Notes: generated by a model not told the origin, from the sequence alone. DNA of 64,000 nucleotides from an uncultured Nitrospinota bacterium (GCA_963707985.1 CAVPRW010000024.1:128001-192000), one strand, 5' to 3'; counted from the stretch's first letter, positions 21,306 through 31,491 are shown. Numbers and translations are program-made.

Positions 21306-22469
21306 CTACCCTGCGCTGCGACCCAAGAGAAACCTTGCCAGCACCATCTTATGAATTTCATCCGTGCCACCGCCAATGCGGGCATGTCGGGCGATATGGT
21401 AGAAGCGCGTCAGCGGCAGCCAGTCGGTCTCGCCAATACCACCGTGAATCTGGATCGCCTTATCGATCGAACGTGTGGCCCACTGCGCCCCGGTATATTT
21501 CAGCAGCGAGGCCTCCATGCGCACATCCTGACCTTGATCGGCTTTCCAGGCGGCCTCGTAGAGTTTGGTGCGCAAGTATTGGATATCCGTCCAGATCTCC
21601 ACGATCATCCACTGAATCGCCTGGCGATCGGCGATCGGCCGACCGAACGTGACGCGCTGCTTGGACCAGGCAATGCACATGTCGAGCGCCCGCTGCATCA
21701 TGCCCAGCATCCAGGCCGCCCGCTCCAGGCGATCCCAAATGGTGAGAATCTTCTGGCCCATAGAGAACCCACGGCCGACCTCACCGAGCACGTTGGCCTG
21801 TGGCACCACACAGTTATCGAAGACGAGTTCGAACTGCTCGGGCGTCTTGCTCACCCACACGGGGATTGGCCGCTTGAGCGAAAATCCGGGCGTGCCTTTC
21901 TCAACGATGAACATGGTGATGCCACCACGTTGGCGCTTCTCGGGGTCGGTGACGGCCTGAACCAGAGCGAAGTCGGCATTGTCTGCCCAGCTCACGAAAA
22001 ATTTGGTACCGTTGATAATCCAGTGATCGCCGTCGCGCACTGCCGTGGTCTGCATCATGCCGCCCGGATCAGATCCGGCATTCGGCTCCGTTTGGGCGAA
22101 GCAGCTGTGCTTCTCACCCCGCACCACGGGCCAGGCGAAGCGCTGTTTTTGATCCTCATTGCAATCGTCGAGGAAAGCGTCCATCCAATCCGCGCACCAC
22201 GGGAAGGGAACCGCCGTCTGGAAGAATTGTTCGAGCAGCAACACTTTGCCGAGCACACCCATGCCGCTGCCACCGAATTCAGTAGGGAGATGCGCGCCCC
22301 ACAGGCCCGTCTCCATCGATAGCTTCTTGAGCCGCTCATAGTCCTCCGGCCAGAGATTGTCACGGCCCTCTTCTAACAAGCGTGGCTCCAGCGGCATCAG
22401 CTCCTCCTGAACGATCTGACGCGCCAGGCGCTGGAGTCCTTCCTGCTCCTCGGATAAGTGGAAATCCAT
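21306..22469 (-). CDS. Acyl-CoA dehydrogenase
   Basis: FAQTEPNAGSD, INGTKFFVS, RVTFGRPIADRQAIQW, IQIHGGIG, GGGTDEIHK. Confidence 0.95.
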   Translation of the reverse strand: MDFHLSEEQEGLQRLARQIVQEELMPLEPRLLEEGRDNLWPEDYERLKKLSMETGLWGAHLPTEFGGSGMGVLGKVLLLEQFFQTAVPFPWCADWMDAFLDDCNEDQKQRFAWPVVRGEKHSCFAQTEPNAGSDPGGMMQTTAVRDGDHWIINGTKFFVSWADNADFALVQAVTDPEKRQRGGITMFIVEKGTPGFSLKRPIPVWVSKTPEQFELVFDNCVVPQANVLGEVGRGFSMGQKILTIWDRLERAAWMLGMMQRALDMCIAWSKQRVTFGRPIADRQAIQWMIVEIWTDIQYLRTKLYEAAWKADQGQDVRMEASLLKYTGAQWATRSIDKAIQIHGGIGETDWLPLTRFYHIARHARIGGGTDEIHKMVLARFLLGRSAG

Positions 22470-22640
22470 ACCTTCGACCTCCTCTGACCTTCTCGAAAAA
22501 ATCTGTCCGTCTCGGCACCATGAATGGTAGGCAATAGTCTACAGCCTGTCGGTTTGTCAAGCGCCTGCCTGTCTGTGATGGGCCGCGAGGGGCGGTATTT
22601 TGGCTTGATTTTTTGAAATAGAGGGGATAGCCTAAGAATC

Positions 22641-23702
22641 ATGAAACTAGGATCAAGCAACTACATAGACATGCAGGCCCGACGTCAGCGTACAAGTGTT
22701 CTCGTCGCGGCGGCTCTTAGTCTATTCCTGATGTTGGCATGGGCCGCCGACGTCTGGGCGCGTAGTAGTGGTGGACGCTATGGTGGCCGTGCCGGCTTTT
22801 CACAGTCGCGCAGCGGATCAAGCGGCGGTGATTGGTCTAGTTCACCTTCTGCACCTACACGACCCTACAGCGCCCCTCCCCCGTCCGGCTACACCCCTTC
22901 TATGCCAACGATGCCAAGTCCCGGGTTTGGCTTTTTGCCTTTTCTCCTGCCATTCCTCGGGTGGGGCGGAGGCGGTGGAGCCAGCGTCGGATCCGGCGGT
23001 GGCTTCGGCTTTGGCGGTATCCTGGGATTTCTTATCATCCTTGGGATTGTCGTGGTCCTCGGTCGAGTGCTACTGAAAAATCTTGCCGCAGCCCGTCGTG
23101 ATCGGCTCGATGGTTCACCATCCGGTATGTTGGGAGGGGAGCGCTACGCCGTGGTGAAGTGCCAGCTGGCCTTGCTCTCCACCGCGCGGTCCTTACAACG
23201 CGAGCTACAAACCTATGCGAACACTGCCAGTACCGACACGGTGACGGGTCTTGCATCAGCCTTACAGGACGTGGTGATGGCCTTGATGCGTCACAGCGAT
23301 TACTGGCGCTACGGTGTAGTACAGGTCCAAGCCGCGTCCACACTTGACGATGCTGAGCGGGCCTTCAATCAGGTGGTGGGTCAGGAGCGGGCGAAACTCT
23401 CGGAAGAGCTAACAGTCAATGTCGATGGTGTGCGGCGGCAAGCTCCGCGGTCAGAAAGCACTCCGTCCAACGAGGTAGGACAATATCTGGTGGTGACGCT
23501 GATCGTAGCCACGGGTTATGCGGGGTTTACGGCCTATCAGACGCCATCGCCCAAAGATATCGAAGGCACCTTGCAACGCCTGAGTACCTTGCTCACTTCC
23601 GACCTCCTGGCCTTCGAGGTGATGTGGTCGCCGGAAAATCCGGATGATTCACTGACGGAAGATGAGCTCATCGCCGAATATCCGGAGCTGTCAGGATTAT
23701 GA
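22641..23702 (+). CDS. DUF1517 family membrane protein
   Basis: ARSSGGRYGG..F, Gly-rich linker, TM segment, ALMRHSDYW, ERAKLSEE, EVMWSPE...LTEDELIAEYPEL; start could be 22671. Confidence 0.88.
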   Translation: MKLGSSNYIDMQARRQRTSVLVAAALSLFLMLAWAADVWARSSGGRYGGRAGFSQSRSGSSGGDWSSSPSAPTRPYSAPPPSGYTPSMPTMPSPGFGFLPFLLPFLGWGGGGGASVGSGGGFGFGGILGFLIILGIVVVLGRVLLKNLAAARRDRLDGSPSGMLGGERYAVVKCQLALLSTARSLQRELQTYANTASTDTVTGLASALQDVVMALMRHSDYWRYGVVQVQAASTLDDAERAFNQVVGQERAKLSEELTVNVDGVRRQAPRSESTPSNEVGQYLVVTLIVATGYAGFTAYQTPSPKDIEGTLQRLSTLLTSDLLAFEVMWSPENPDDSLTEDELIAEYPELSGL

Positions 23703-23723
23703 GGGACGGAGAAAGGAGGCACG

Positions 23724-24044
23724 ATGAAGCCATGGCTCATAGTGGGCTTGGGTCTCTGGATCATAGCCAGTATGGCGTGGCTCGGAATCGCTGGCGAGGT
23801 GCCCGTGCCACCCATCGAACCCAGGATCGTACCCCCCATGCTCTCCTGGAGCAGTCTCTTCACCTCAGTCGTCTATGGGCTGGTCGGGTTGATTCTCCTG
23901 CTCATCGGTTACTACAGCTACGAGCTCATCACCCCGTTTTCGGTGAAAGATGAATTGATTTCTCACCGCAATCCCGCGGTGGGCTTGGTTGTCGCAGCAT
24001 TCATACTAGGCATGGCCATCATCATCGCCGCTGCCATCATTTAA
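23724..24044 (+). CDS. DUF350 membrane protein
   Basis: ITPFSVKDELISHRNPAVG..AAFILGMAIIIAAAI. Confidence 0.9.
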   Translation: MKPWLIVGLGLWIIASMAWLGIAGEVPVPPIEPRIVPPMLSWSSLFTSVVYGLVGLILLLIGYYSYELITPFSVKDELISHRNPAVGLVVAAFILGMAIIIAAAII

Positions 24045-24174
24045 GCGAGTTGCCCCTGCAGTCCTCTGTATTTGCCTCCCGGTTGGGTCATCGAGCCGGC
24101 CAGGAGGTTTCAGGTACCGTGCCGATATAGGGCTCGTGAGGCGATCCGGCAGGAGGGAGTGAGTAAGAGTCGCT

Positions 24175-24465
24175 ATGAAGGCTTTCTCTAATGGTACATC
24201 GAGAGACCGACAGCGCTTCCGTCGCAATGACCCGCATGCGCCCGAGAAGGGAGACGAGGAGCTTGACCTTCCGGCGTGGAATCCCGAAGAATTGCATCAG
24301 ACCCAGGCGCTCATCCAGGACCTCGACAAGCACTTTACCGGACTCCGTGAGACGCTGCAGCGCCGTCAGATGCGTATCGAGCAGGTGAAGCGCACCCTTT
24401 CAGCACTCCAGACCCTCCTCTTCCCCTCTCGCCGCTCTTGGTGGCGCCGGTGGTTTCCCTGGTAA
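24175..24465 (+). CDS. Hypothetical coiled-coil protein
   Basis: ORF with heptad character ending WWRRWFPW; overlaps the 3' end of the RluA gene. Confidence 0.55.
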   Translation: MKAFSNGTSRDRQRFRRNDPHAPEKGDEELDLPAWNPEELHQTQALIQDLDKHFTGLRETLQRRQMRIEQVKRTLSALQTLLFPSRRSWWRRWFPW

Positions 24466-25239
24466 TCGACGGTAGCGCTGCAGGTTGCGTAACACGGCGG
24501 CGAGGTCCTTCGGGAGGGGTGCCATCCACGTGCACACTTGACCACGTGTGGGATGTATGAGCTCCAATGCTTGCGCATGCAGGGTCAGGCGTGTCATTAA
24601 GGGACGCTCGACTGCGCCGGCTTTCGGCCGATACGATGGCTTCAAGGCCGACAGCAATAGCGGTTCGCTAGAGCCATAGAGCGGATCGATGGCCAGCGGA
24701 TGGCCGATTGCCTGTAGGTGCACACGAATTTGATGGCTGCGCCCGGTTCTTGGCCGCACCTCCAGTAGCGTATAGCCGCGAAAGCGGTCGGCTACGGCAT
24801 AGCGGGTGATGGCGGACTTACCCTGACGGCGCTGGATGATCATCATACCCGGTCGCTGTGGATGTGAACCGATGGGTAGGTGAATGACCCCTTCGGCACG
24901 TATACCCTGGCCGCTGATCAGGGCGAGGTAGGTTTTGATGACTGTGCCACGTTCGAACTGCTGTGACAGCGCAGCATGGACGCGATCGGACTTGGCCAGG
25001 ATGAGTACGCCGCTGGTGTCTCGATCCAGGCGATGTACTACCCAGATACGTGAGGGCTCGGCTGAAACCGTGCCTTTGGAGGCCGTCTGCCCGGTCAGGT
25101 AGGCCCGTGCCAGCTTGACTACCGTCGGCTTGGAGGCATCCCAGCGGTCAGGGATAACTAAGAGCCCCGCGGGTTTGTCAATGACCAGCAGGTCGTCGTC
25201 TTCATAGATGATACTCAGATCGAGCCGTTGACGGGGCAT
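24400..25239 (-). CDS. RluA-family pseudouridine synthase
   Basis: DKPAGL, VHRLDRDTSG, TGRSHQIRVHL, LHA. Confidence 0.95.
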   Translation of the reverse strand: MPRQRLDLSIIYEDDDLLVIDKPAGLLVIPDRWDASKPTVVKLARAYLTGQTASKGTVSAEPSRIWVVHRLDRDTSGVLILAKSDRVHAALSQQFERGTVIKTYLALISGQGIRAEGVIHLPIGSHPQRPGMMIIQRRQGKSAITRYAVADRFRGYTLLEVRPRTGRSHQIRVHLQAIGHPLAIDPLYGSSEPLLLSALKPSYRPKAGAVERPLMTRLTLHAQALELIHPTRGQVCTWMAPLPKDLAAVLRNLQRYRRLPGKPPAPPRAARGEEEGLEC

Positions 25240-25262
25240 GCGACTTTCTTTGTGATGAGGTC

Positions 25263-26162
25263 ATGGGCATGGAACCTAACCTCTTTACCGATCCAACCGA
25301 CGCTACTCCCCCAACCACCGAAGCCCGGTCGAGGGCCGCGTTTGAACTGACGCAGGGGATGCCTCTTTATCTCGGCACCTCGAGTTGGAGCTCCGAGGAT
25401 TGGCGGGGAACGATCTATCCCGCCGATGCGAAATCCTCGGATTTCCTGACCCATTACGCTAAGCAGCTCTCGGCTGTCGAAATCGACATGACGTTTTACC
25501 GCATTCCCACTGCAGCGATGATTCATGCCTGGAATCAGCGGACACCCGATGGCTTTCGCTTTGCTGCAAAAATTCCACAGGTCATCACGCATGAAAAGGT
25601 CCTGCGCGATTGTCAGCATGAGCTGCAGCAATTTACCGAGGTCATGGCTCTGTTGGGCGACAAGTTGGGCCCACTCTTGTTCCAATTTCCCTACTTCTCG
25701 AAGCGTCACTTCGCGAATGCGCAGGCATTTCTGGAGCGCCTGGAACCAGTCCTTGCACAACTGCCCGACGGATTCCGATTCGCTGTCGAACTTCGCAACC
25801 GCTGGTGGATAACTGAGCGCTTGCTCGACTTGCTGCGGGCCCATGGTGTGGCCTTGGCGCTCACCGATCATCCATGGATGCCACCGATTCAGGAACTTCT
25901 TCGCCAACATGATGTGGTGACCGCGGATTTCGCCTATATCCGCTGGCTCGGCGACCGACAGGCCATGGAGGCGATCACGCAGAAGTGGGACCATCTCGTG
26001 ATCGATCGGACGCAGGACACGAAGACCTGGGTAGCCGTGGTGCGGCAACTGCTGGCTCGTGACCTCACCGTGTATGGCTTTTACAACAATCATTACGCCG
26101 GCCATTCACCAGGCTCCATCGCCTTATTTTCTGAGATCTGGCAGAACAGTCAAGTATCGTAA
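25263..26162 (+). CDS. DUF72 family protein
   Basis: LGTSSWS, VEIDMTFY, FRFAAK, LGPLLFQFP, VELRN, YNNHYAG. Confidence 0.93.
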   Translation: MGMEPNLFTDPTDATPPTTEARSRAAFELTQGMPLYLGTSSWSSEDWRGTIYPADAKSSDFLTHYAKQLSAVEIDMTFYRIPTAAMIHAWNQRTPDGFRFAAKIPQVITHEKVLRDCQHELQQFTEVMALLGDKLGPLLFQFPYFSKRHFANAQAFLERLEPVLAQLPDGFRFAVELRNRWWITERLLDLLRAHGVALALTDHPWMPPIQELLRQHDVVTADFAYIRWLGDRQAMEAITQKWDHLVIDRTQDTKTWVAVVRQLLARDLTVYGFYNNHYAGHSPGSIALFSEIWQNSQVS

Positions 26163-26189
26163 CGTGCAGCCACCCGCGATCATGCGGGG

Positions 26190-26636
26190 CTACTCGCTAC
26201 GCCGCTCCATCGGCCGCGTATCTCGGCCTGGAGCAGCGCTGAGCGCGATCCGGCCGACGAATTTCACATTGGCACAGAGATCGGCTCCACCTGTAGCACA
26301 GGTTTGCGCATCGGTGATGAGAAACCGGAATGGCCCGCCTTGCTGTTCCGGAAGCGCCTCGCCGCCAAGACGATACAGCACCACTCCGGAATCGACAACC
26401 GCTGCCAGCGGCACACTGGCACTGAAGCTGCCGTCGTGGGATTCGACCGTGAGGTGGGTTGCCTCCGGTTGGGGCTGCACAGCATCGAGCAGTGAGGCCA
26501 GGCGTACACCGCCGCCCCTGCGACCAGGGACAAGAGTGGCAATATCCTCGATCTGTCCTGGGAGATGGCTGAGCGCCTCGAAATCGAAACTCTCTGGCTG
26601 TCGCACCTGACCACATATCTCTAATGCCTGGCTCAT
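26190..26636 (-). CDS. Small molybdopterin-binding oxidoreductase-like domain protein
   Basis: GGVRLASLL, SHDGSFSASVPL, LPEQQGGPFRF, CANVKFVGRI. Confidence 0.7.
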   Translation of the reverse strand: MSQALEICGQVRQPESFDFEALSHLPGQIEDIATLVPGRRGGGVRLASLLDAVQPQPEATHLTVESHDGSFSASVPLAAVVDSGVVLYRLGGEALPEQQGGPFRFLITDAQTCATGGADLCANVKFVGRIALSAAPGRDTRPMERRSE

Positions 26637-26650
26637 CTCACCCTCTCTTT

Positions 26651-26962
26651 TCATGTAGGCAGTCGCGCGGCGATGTCGTCGAGTTGACGCATCAGGTTAG
26701 GATCGCCATTGCGCGCTGCGGGACCGCGCCCGGCATCAACCGTTTGCCGCGCTTGCACGATCCGGCCGCTCTTTTCATAGGCTTCCGCTAATTGAATATA
26801 CACGAACGCATACTCTGGATCGATCTCGATCGCCGCTGTGAGCGCCTCAATTGCCTCGGGGTACTGTGCGAGCTGAAAATGCTCATTGCCCAGGGCAAAG
26901 TGTAACATAGCGTCGTGCGGCTCATCCGCAATTAGTGCTTTGATCTGCTCGATGCGGCTCAT
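26651..26962 (-). CDS. Small TPR protein
   Basis: MSRIEQIKALIADEPHDAMLHFALGNE...AIEIDPEYAFVYIQLAEAY. Confidence 0.88.
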   Translation of the reverse strand: MSRIEQIKALIADEPHDAMLHFALGNEHFQLAQYPEAIEALTAAIEIDPEYAFVYIQLAEAYEKSGRIVQARQTVDAGRGPAARNGDPNLMRQLDDIAARLPT

Positions 26963-27215
26963 GCTCCCCTCCGCGTCGTGTCCCTGCCTAGTCGACCTGA
27001 CATGCCAGGTCCCCTGCTTCTTCCAACGAGTGGTTCCATTGAGTAGCGACCGCCCGACCACGTTATTGTACCAAGCCTCACGCCAGACGTCACCTGTTCC
27101 CGGTCTCTGTCCACTTTCTCCTTGCCTTGCTTTGCAAAAATGAGTATCGTGGGCGGACATAGACACATGGGCTTCGTGGCGCTCGCTGAGACACCTGTGC
27201 GAAGGAGGTCAGGCC

Positions 27216-27410
27216 ATGGCGATGAAGGATAAGGCAATGTTTTCGGTCGAGCTGGATAAGCATATGATGGCGTTCTTGGAGGATATGGTCAAGCAATACG
27301 ACCTACCGGATTCCTCCAAGGCACTTCGTGTGCTGATTACCTATGCGTTGGATCCCGAGACAGACCGCGATCGGATTTTTTCCGACGTCCGCTGCTTTGA
27401 CTGCGAATAA
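27216..27410 (+). CDS. Small hypothetical protein, RHH-like, with C-terminal CxxC
   Basis: AGGAGG RBS; YDLPDSSKALRVLI...VRCFDCE. Confidence 0.75.
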   Translation: MAMKDKAMFSVELDKHMMAFLEDMVKQYDLPDSSKALRVLITYALDPETDRDRIFSDVRCFDCE

Positions 27411-27425
27411 GCCGAGAGGGCTGGT

Positions 27426-28106
27426 ATGAAAGCGGTTGAGAGCCAGAGTTCGACCCTGGCGTATTTGACAGTGTTTCCGGACAACTACGACGCAGGGCAA
27501 CCGTATCCGATGATCGTCTGCCTCCACGGACGCGGAGCGGATATGCGTGATCTCGCCGGCTTGGCACCGGCGATCGATCAAAGCGGCTACCTCTACGTCT
27601 GTCCTAACGCTCCAGTGACCATCTCTATTGGTCCTGGATATACCGGGCAGGCCTGGTATGAGCCCGGGGGAACTCCGAGCCCGGCAGCGCTGGAGCAAGC
27701 GTTGACGGCCCTGGATGGGGTGGTTCGTGACGTTTTCGCCCAATACCACGTGGCGGCAGGTCAAGCGCTCCTCCTCGGCTTTTCGCAGGGCGGGGCGATG
27801 ACCTATCGCTATGGGATGTTGCGGCCCGAGATGTTTGCTGGCCTGGTCATCCTCAGTGGGGCGTTGCGCAATCCCGAGGCCCTCCTGCCACACCTGCCGG
27901 CGCAGCGCGATCAACGCATCTTCATTGCCCATGGGACCCATGATGCCGTGGTTCCCGTCGAGTTGAGCCGGAACGCCGTCGATTTCCTCGAGGCTCAGAG
28001 CTATCAGCCGCTGTATCGTGAGTACCCCATGGGCCATGAGATCACCCAGGAGGTGCTGAACGATCTCACACCCTGGATTCATGCGGCGTTGCCATCGAAG
28101 AGTTAA
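27426..28106 (+). CDS. Phospholipase/carboxylesterase (alpha/beta hydrolase)
   Basis: LHGRG, GFSQGG nucleophile elbow, HGTHD, MGHEI. Confidence 0.93.
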   Translation: MKAVESQSSTLAYLTVFPDNYDAGQPYPMIVCLHGRGADMRDLAGLAPAIDQSGYLYVCPNAPVTISIGPGYTGQAWYEPGGTPSPAALEQALTALDGVVRDVFAQYHVAAGQALLLGFSQGGAMTYRYGMLRPEMFAGLVILSGALRNPEALLPHLPAQRDQRIFIAHGTHDAVVPVELSRNAVDFLEAQSYQPLYREYPMGHEITQEVLNDLTPWIHAALPSKS

Positions 28107-28314
28107 AGACCAACGCCCTCGCGAGTGTTCCCCTTTCCTATGGGGGAATTGTTTCTATCATAGCGCAGGGGGGTAGGTCGAGCCCCGGCCCCTTGCGCTC
28201 CACTCAAGCTTTCCTCTCACCTCAGTCCGACCGTGCTCACAATTGACGCCTCCCGTACCAGTAACGTGTGGGTAGTATTGTCCTCGACCAGCAGCGCGTG
28301 GATGGCCTGATTGG

Positions 28315-28770
28315 TCAAGGCACATACCCCGGTGGCAAGGTCACGACCGTAAACCAGAAGGTGACGATTGCATGGATAGCGTGGATGAAGTCTTTCAGGT
28401 TGACCGGTTTAGTGACGTAGCAGTTGGCATGCAAGCTGTAAGCGGTGAGGGTGTCTCGCTCGGCCTGCGAGGTGGTCAGGACGACAATCGGAATAGCCTT
28501 CAAGTCTGCATCGGCCTTGACCTCCGCCAGGACTTCCCACCCATTTTTTCTCGGCAGGTTATAATCAAGGAGGATGAGGTCAGGTCGAGGAACGCCACCA
28601 TAGGAGCCGGTCCTACGCAAGAAGGCCACCGCCTCTACACCGTCCTCCACCACGTGAAGATTGCTCAGCAAATTCATCTGTCCGAGGGCTTCCTGGGTCA
28701 TCAGTACGTCGGTAGGACTGTCTTCGACAAGAAGGAGCTGAGCGGGTCTTTGGGTTACTTGTTGGTTCAT
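28315..28770 (-). CDS. Rcp1-like single-domain response regulator
   Basis: LLVED, RPDLILLDYNLP, VLTTS, ANCYVTKP, FWF. Confidence 0.93.
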   Translation of the reverse strand: MNQQVTQRPAQLLLVEDSPTDVLMTQEALGQMNLLSNLHVVEDGVEAVAFLRRTGSYGGVPRPDLILLDYNLPRKNGWEVLAEVKADADLKAIPIVVLTTSQAERDTLTAYSLHANCYVTKPVNLKDFIHAIHAIVTFWFTVVTLPPGYVP

Positions 28771-28883
28771 GGTCCATTACCTCCTGTCGGACATGCTAAA
28801 GCAGAACGTTGCCCCCTTCCCCGGCTCCGAGCTGGGTCCGCCAGGCCATACCGCGAGAACGTAGCCAAGAGACTGGCAAGGCT

Positions 28884-29504
28884 TCATGCATCGTGAGAAG
28901 GCTCGGGGAACACTTTTCTCCGGCAGTCAGGGCAAAGACCATGTGTAAATTCGGCGTCCGAATGGGCTTCGATATAGGCTTCGAGCTGATTCCAATAGCC
29001 GTTGTCGTCGCGAATTTTCTTGCAGGCGGCGCAGATAGGAAGCAGTCCCGTTAACGTTTTGACGGTGGCCAGCGCCTCCTCAATAAGTTTTTTGCGTTCC
29101 TCCAGAATCTGATGTCGCTCGATAGCATAGCGGATGGACCGGGTTACAATGTAACCGTCGATGTGCGCCTTCGGGAGATAGTCCTGCGCCCCTGCTCTCA
29201 CCGCTTGTAAGCTGAGTTTTTCATCGTCGAGGCCAGAGAGGATAACAATGGGCATAGCGGAGGACAGAGCCTGGACCTTGGCAAATGTCTCCAGCCCCTG
29301 ACTGTCTGGGAGCCCAAGGTCCAGCAGAACCACGTCGAAGCGTGCCTCGCTAAGACACTTCAGCCCCTCGCTGAGGCGCTCGACATGGGTAAAGGAGCAG
29401 GACATCAGGGGGACTGCAGCGCACGCCTGCCGCAAGAGCAGCGCATCCGTGGGGTTGTCTTCGATCAACAGCACGTGGATGCGGACGTCATCCATGGTAT
29501 TCAC
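28884..29504 (-). CDS. Response regulator with C-terminal Cys-rich tail
   Basis: LLIED, LLDLGLPD, GAQDYL; LPICAACKKIRDD..YW...FTHGLCPDC. Confidence 0.92.
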   Translation of the reverse strand: MNTMDDVRIHVLLIEDNPTDALLLRQACAAVPLMSCSFTHVERLSEGLKCLSEARFDVVLLDLGLPDSQGLETFAKVQALSSAMPIVILSGLDDEKLSLQAVRAGAQDYLPKAHIDGYIVTRSIRYAIERHQILEERKKLIEEALATVKTLTGLLPICAACKKIRDDNGYWNQLEAYIEAHSDAEFTHGLCPDCRRKVFPEPSHDA

Positions 29505-29707
29505 TCCGGTGGCAAAGTCACCACGCTAAACCAGAAGTGTTCGACCGGTCGTACGAACTCTGCGAAGCCTCCAAAATCGATTGGCTTTGTGATGTAGCAA
29601 TTGGCATGGAGTGCATAGGCCTTAATCATGTCCGCTTCCGCCTTTGAGTCGGTAGGGCTGTCCTCCAGTAGTATCTCGATCGGCTTATGCGGGGTTTCGA
29701 GGAGCAT
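29501..29707 (-). pseudogene. Rcp1-like response regulator with large in-frame deletion
   Basis: LEDSPTD joined directly to SKAEADMIKAYALHANCYITKP; the phosphoacceptor region is missing. Confidence 0.8.
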
Positions 29708-29713
29708 GGGGTA

Positions 29714-31414
29714 CTACCTCCCATCGGGAATAGTGAAGCAGAAAGTCGAGCCTTCTCCTGGTTGTGACTCTACCCAGATGCGGCCGCCGTGGCGTTCGAT
29801 CATTTTCTTGCAAAGCGCCAACCCGATACCGGTCCCAGGATATTCCCTACGTGTATGCAAACGTTGAAAGATCCCGAAAATGCGTTCGAAATACTGCGGC
29901 TCGATGCCGATGCCATTGTCACGCATCGTAAACTGCCACTCTGCAGTACGATGTACGACATCGATGTGGACCTCCGGGGGACGTTCGCCGCGGTATTTGA
30001 TGGCATTGCCGATGAGATTTTGGAACACCTGCAGCAGTTGCGTGGGGTCAGCCGCAACGGTTGGCAGTGGCCCATGGGTCACCACCCCCCCGCTCTCCTG
30101 GATGACGGTCGCGAGGTTAGACAGCGCCTCCTTGAGGACGGTCTCGGAGTCAATGGGCTCCAAGTCCCTCCCATGGGTACTCACCCGCGCATAAGCCAAT
30201 AGATCGCGGATGAGGGTCTGCATCCGACTCGACCCATCGACAGCATGCGCGATCAGTTCGTCGGCACGGGCGTCGAGCCGGCCCTGGCAGCGCTGTTGCA
30301 GCAGCTGCATGCAACCCGACACTGCCCGCAGCGGCTCCTGCAGGTCATGGGAGGCAACATAGGCAAACTGTTCTAATTCGGCATTGGAGCGGGCGAAGTC
30401 CGCCGCTGACCGTTTCAGAGCATCATCCGTCTGCTTGCGCTCGGTGACGTCACGAATGGCGCTGGAGACGAGCATACCCTCATCGGACACCAGCGGGCTG
30501 AGGCTGATTTCCACTGCGAACTCGCTGCCATCCTTACGCAGACCATACAACTCGAGGCCACCCCCCATGCTCCGCGTCTGGGAGTCATGGGCATAATGCG
30601 CCCGATGCTCCGGATGTGCGTCGCGGAACCGCTCGGGGATCAGCATCTCTACGGGGTGATCGAGCAACTCGTAGCGCTGATAGCCGAACATCGCTTCGAC
30701 CTGGCGGTTGACGAGAACTATGCGACCATTGCTACTGGTAATGACCATGGCATCCGGCGCCGACTCCAGGAGGCCGCGGAAGAGTGTTTCGCTCCTCTGG
30801 AGCTGGACCGTGCGCTCGAAGATGCGCTGTTCCAGCTCGGCGTTCAGCTGTTGCACTTCGTCCTCGGCCCGCAGGCGCTCGGCGATTTCTTGTTGTAAGG
30901 TGGAAATGGTGTTGGCGAGGTCGGTGGTGCGCTCCTGGACCCGTTGTTCGAGCTCGGCATTCGATTGATGCAGTAAAGCCTCGACGTGTTCGCGCTCACG
31001 GATTTGCTGGAGTAGTGTCTGGTTGGCCGCCGCCAATTGGGATGGACTCGGGAGGGCCAGGGCTTTGGGGATCAACGGCACGAGGATGATCGCCGTAGCG
31101 ATGGAGGCGACCGCGGTCAGGAGTTTTATACTCCCCTCGACCACATATAATGGTTGCCATAGCGTCCAAATGTTCATGAGATGGGTCGTGCCGCATGCGA
31201 AGATAAAGATCCCGAACAATAGGAAGATCCGGTGGAACGCCAGGTCTTGGCGCTTGCGCACGAAATACACCAATCCTAAGGGAATGGCGTAGTAGGCCAG
31301 CGTGATGATCGCATCTGATACTACATGCAGCCAGACCAGATTGCTGTCCCAGAGCAGACAGAAGCCGTGGGGCAATTGATTGGCTGGAGTGAGGAGCGTT
31401 TTCAAGAAGTCCAC
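29714..31414 (-). CDS. Sensor histidine kinase: ETR1-type ethylene-binding domain, PAS, HisKA, HATPase
   Basis: SDAIITLAYYAIP and FGIFIFACGTTH; PAS; ASHDLQEPLR; NLIGNAIKY, DNGIGI, GTGIGL. Confidence 0.9.
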   Translation of the reverse strand: MDFLKTLLTPANQLPHGFCLLWDSNLVWLHVVSDAIITLAYYAIPLGLVYFVRKRQDLAFHRIFLLFGIFIFACGTTHLMNIWTLWQPLYVVEGSIKLLTAVASIATAIILVPLIPKALALPSPSQLAAANQTLLQQIREREHVEALLHQSNAELEQRVQERTTDLANTISTLQQEIAERLRAEDEVQQLNAELEQRIFERTVQLQRSETLFRGLLESAPDAMVITSSNGRIVLVNRQVEAMFGYQRYELLDHPVEMLIPERFRDAHPEHRAHYAHDSQTRSMGGGLELYGLRKDGSEFAVEISLSPLVSDEGMLVSSAIRDVTERKQTDDALKRSAADFARSNAELEQFAYVASHDLQEPLRAVSGCMQLLQQRCQGRLDARADELIAHAVDGSSRMQTLIRDLLAYARVSTHGRDLEPIDSETVLKEALSNLATVIQESGGVVTHGPLPTVAADPTQLLQVFQNLIGNAIKYRGERPPEVHIDVVHRTAEWQFTMRDNGIGIEPQYFERIFGIFQRLHTRREYPGTGIGLALCKKMIERHGGRIWVESQPGEGSTFCFTIPDGR

Positions 31415-31491
31415 GGCACCATCCTAGGTACCGATGCCTGCCGTGATGCTGGTCGTGACGACATCGGTATCGTTGGGTTGTTGACGATGAG

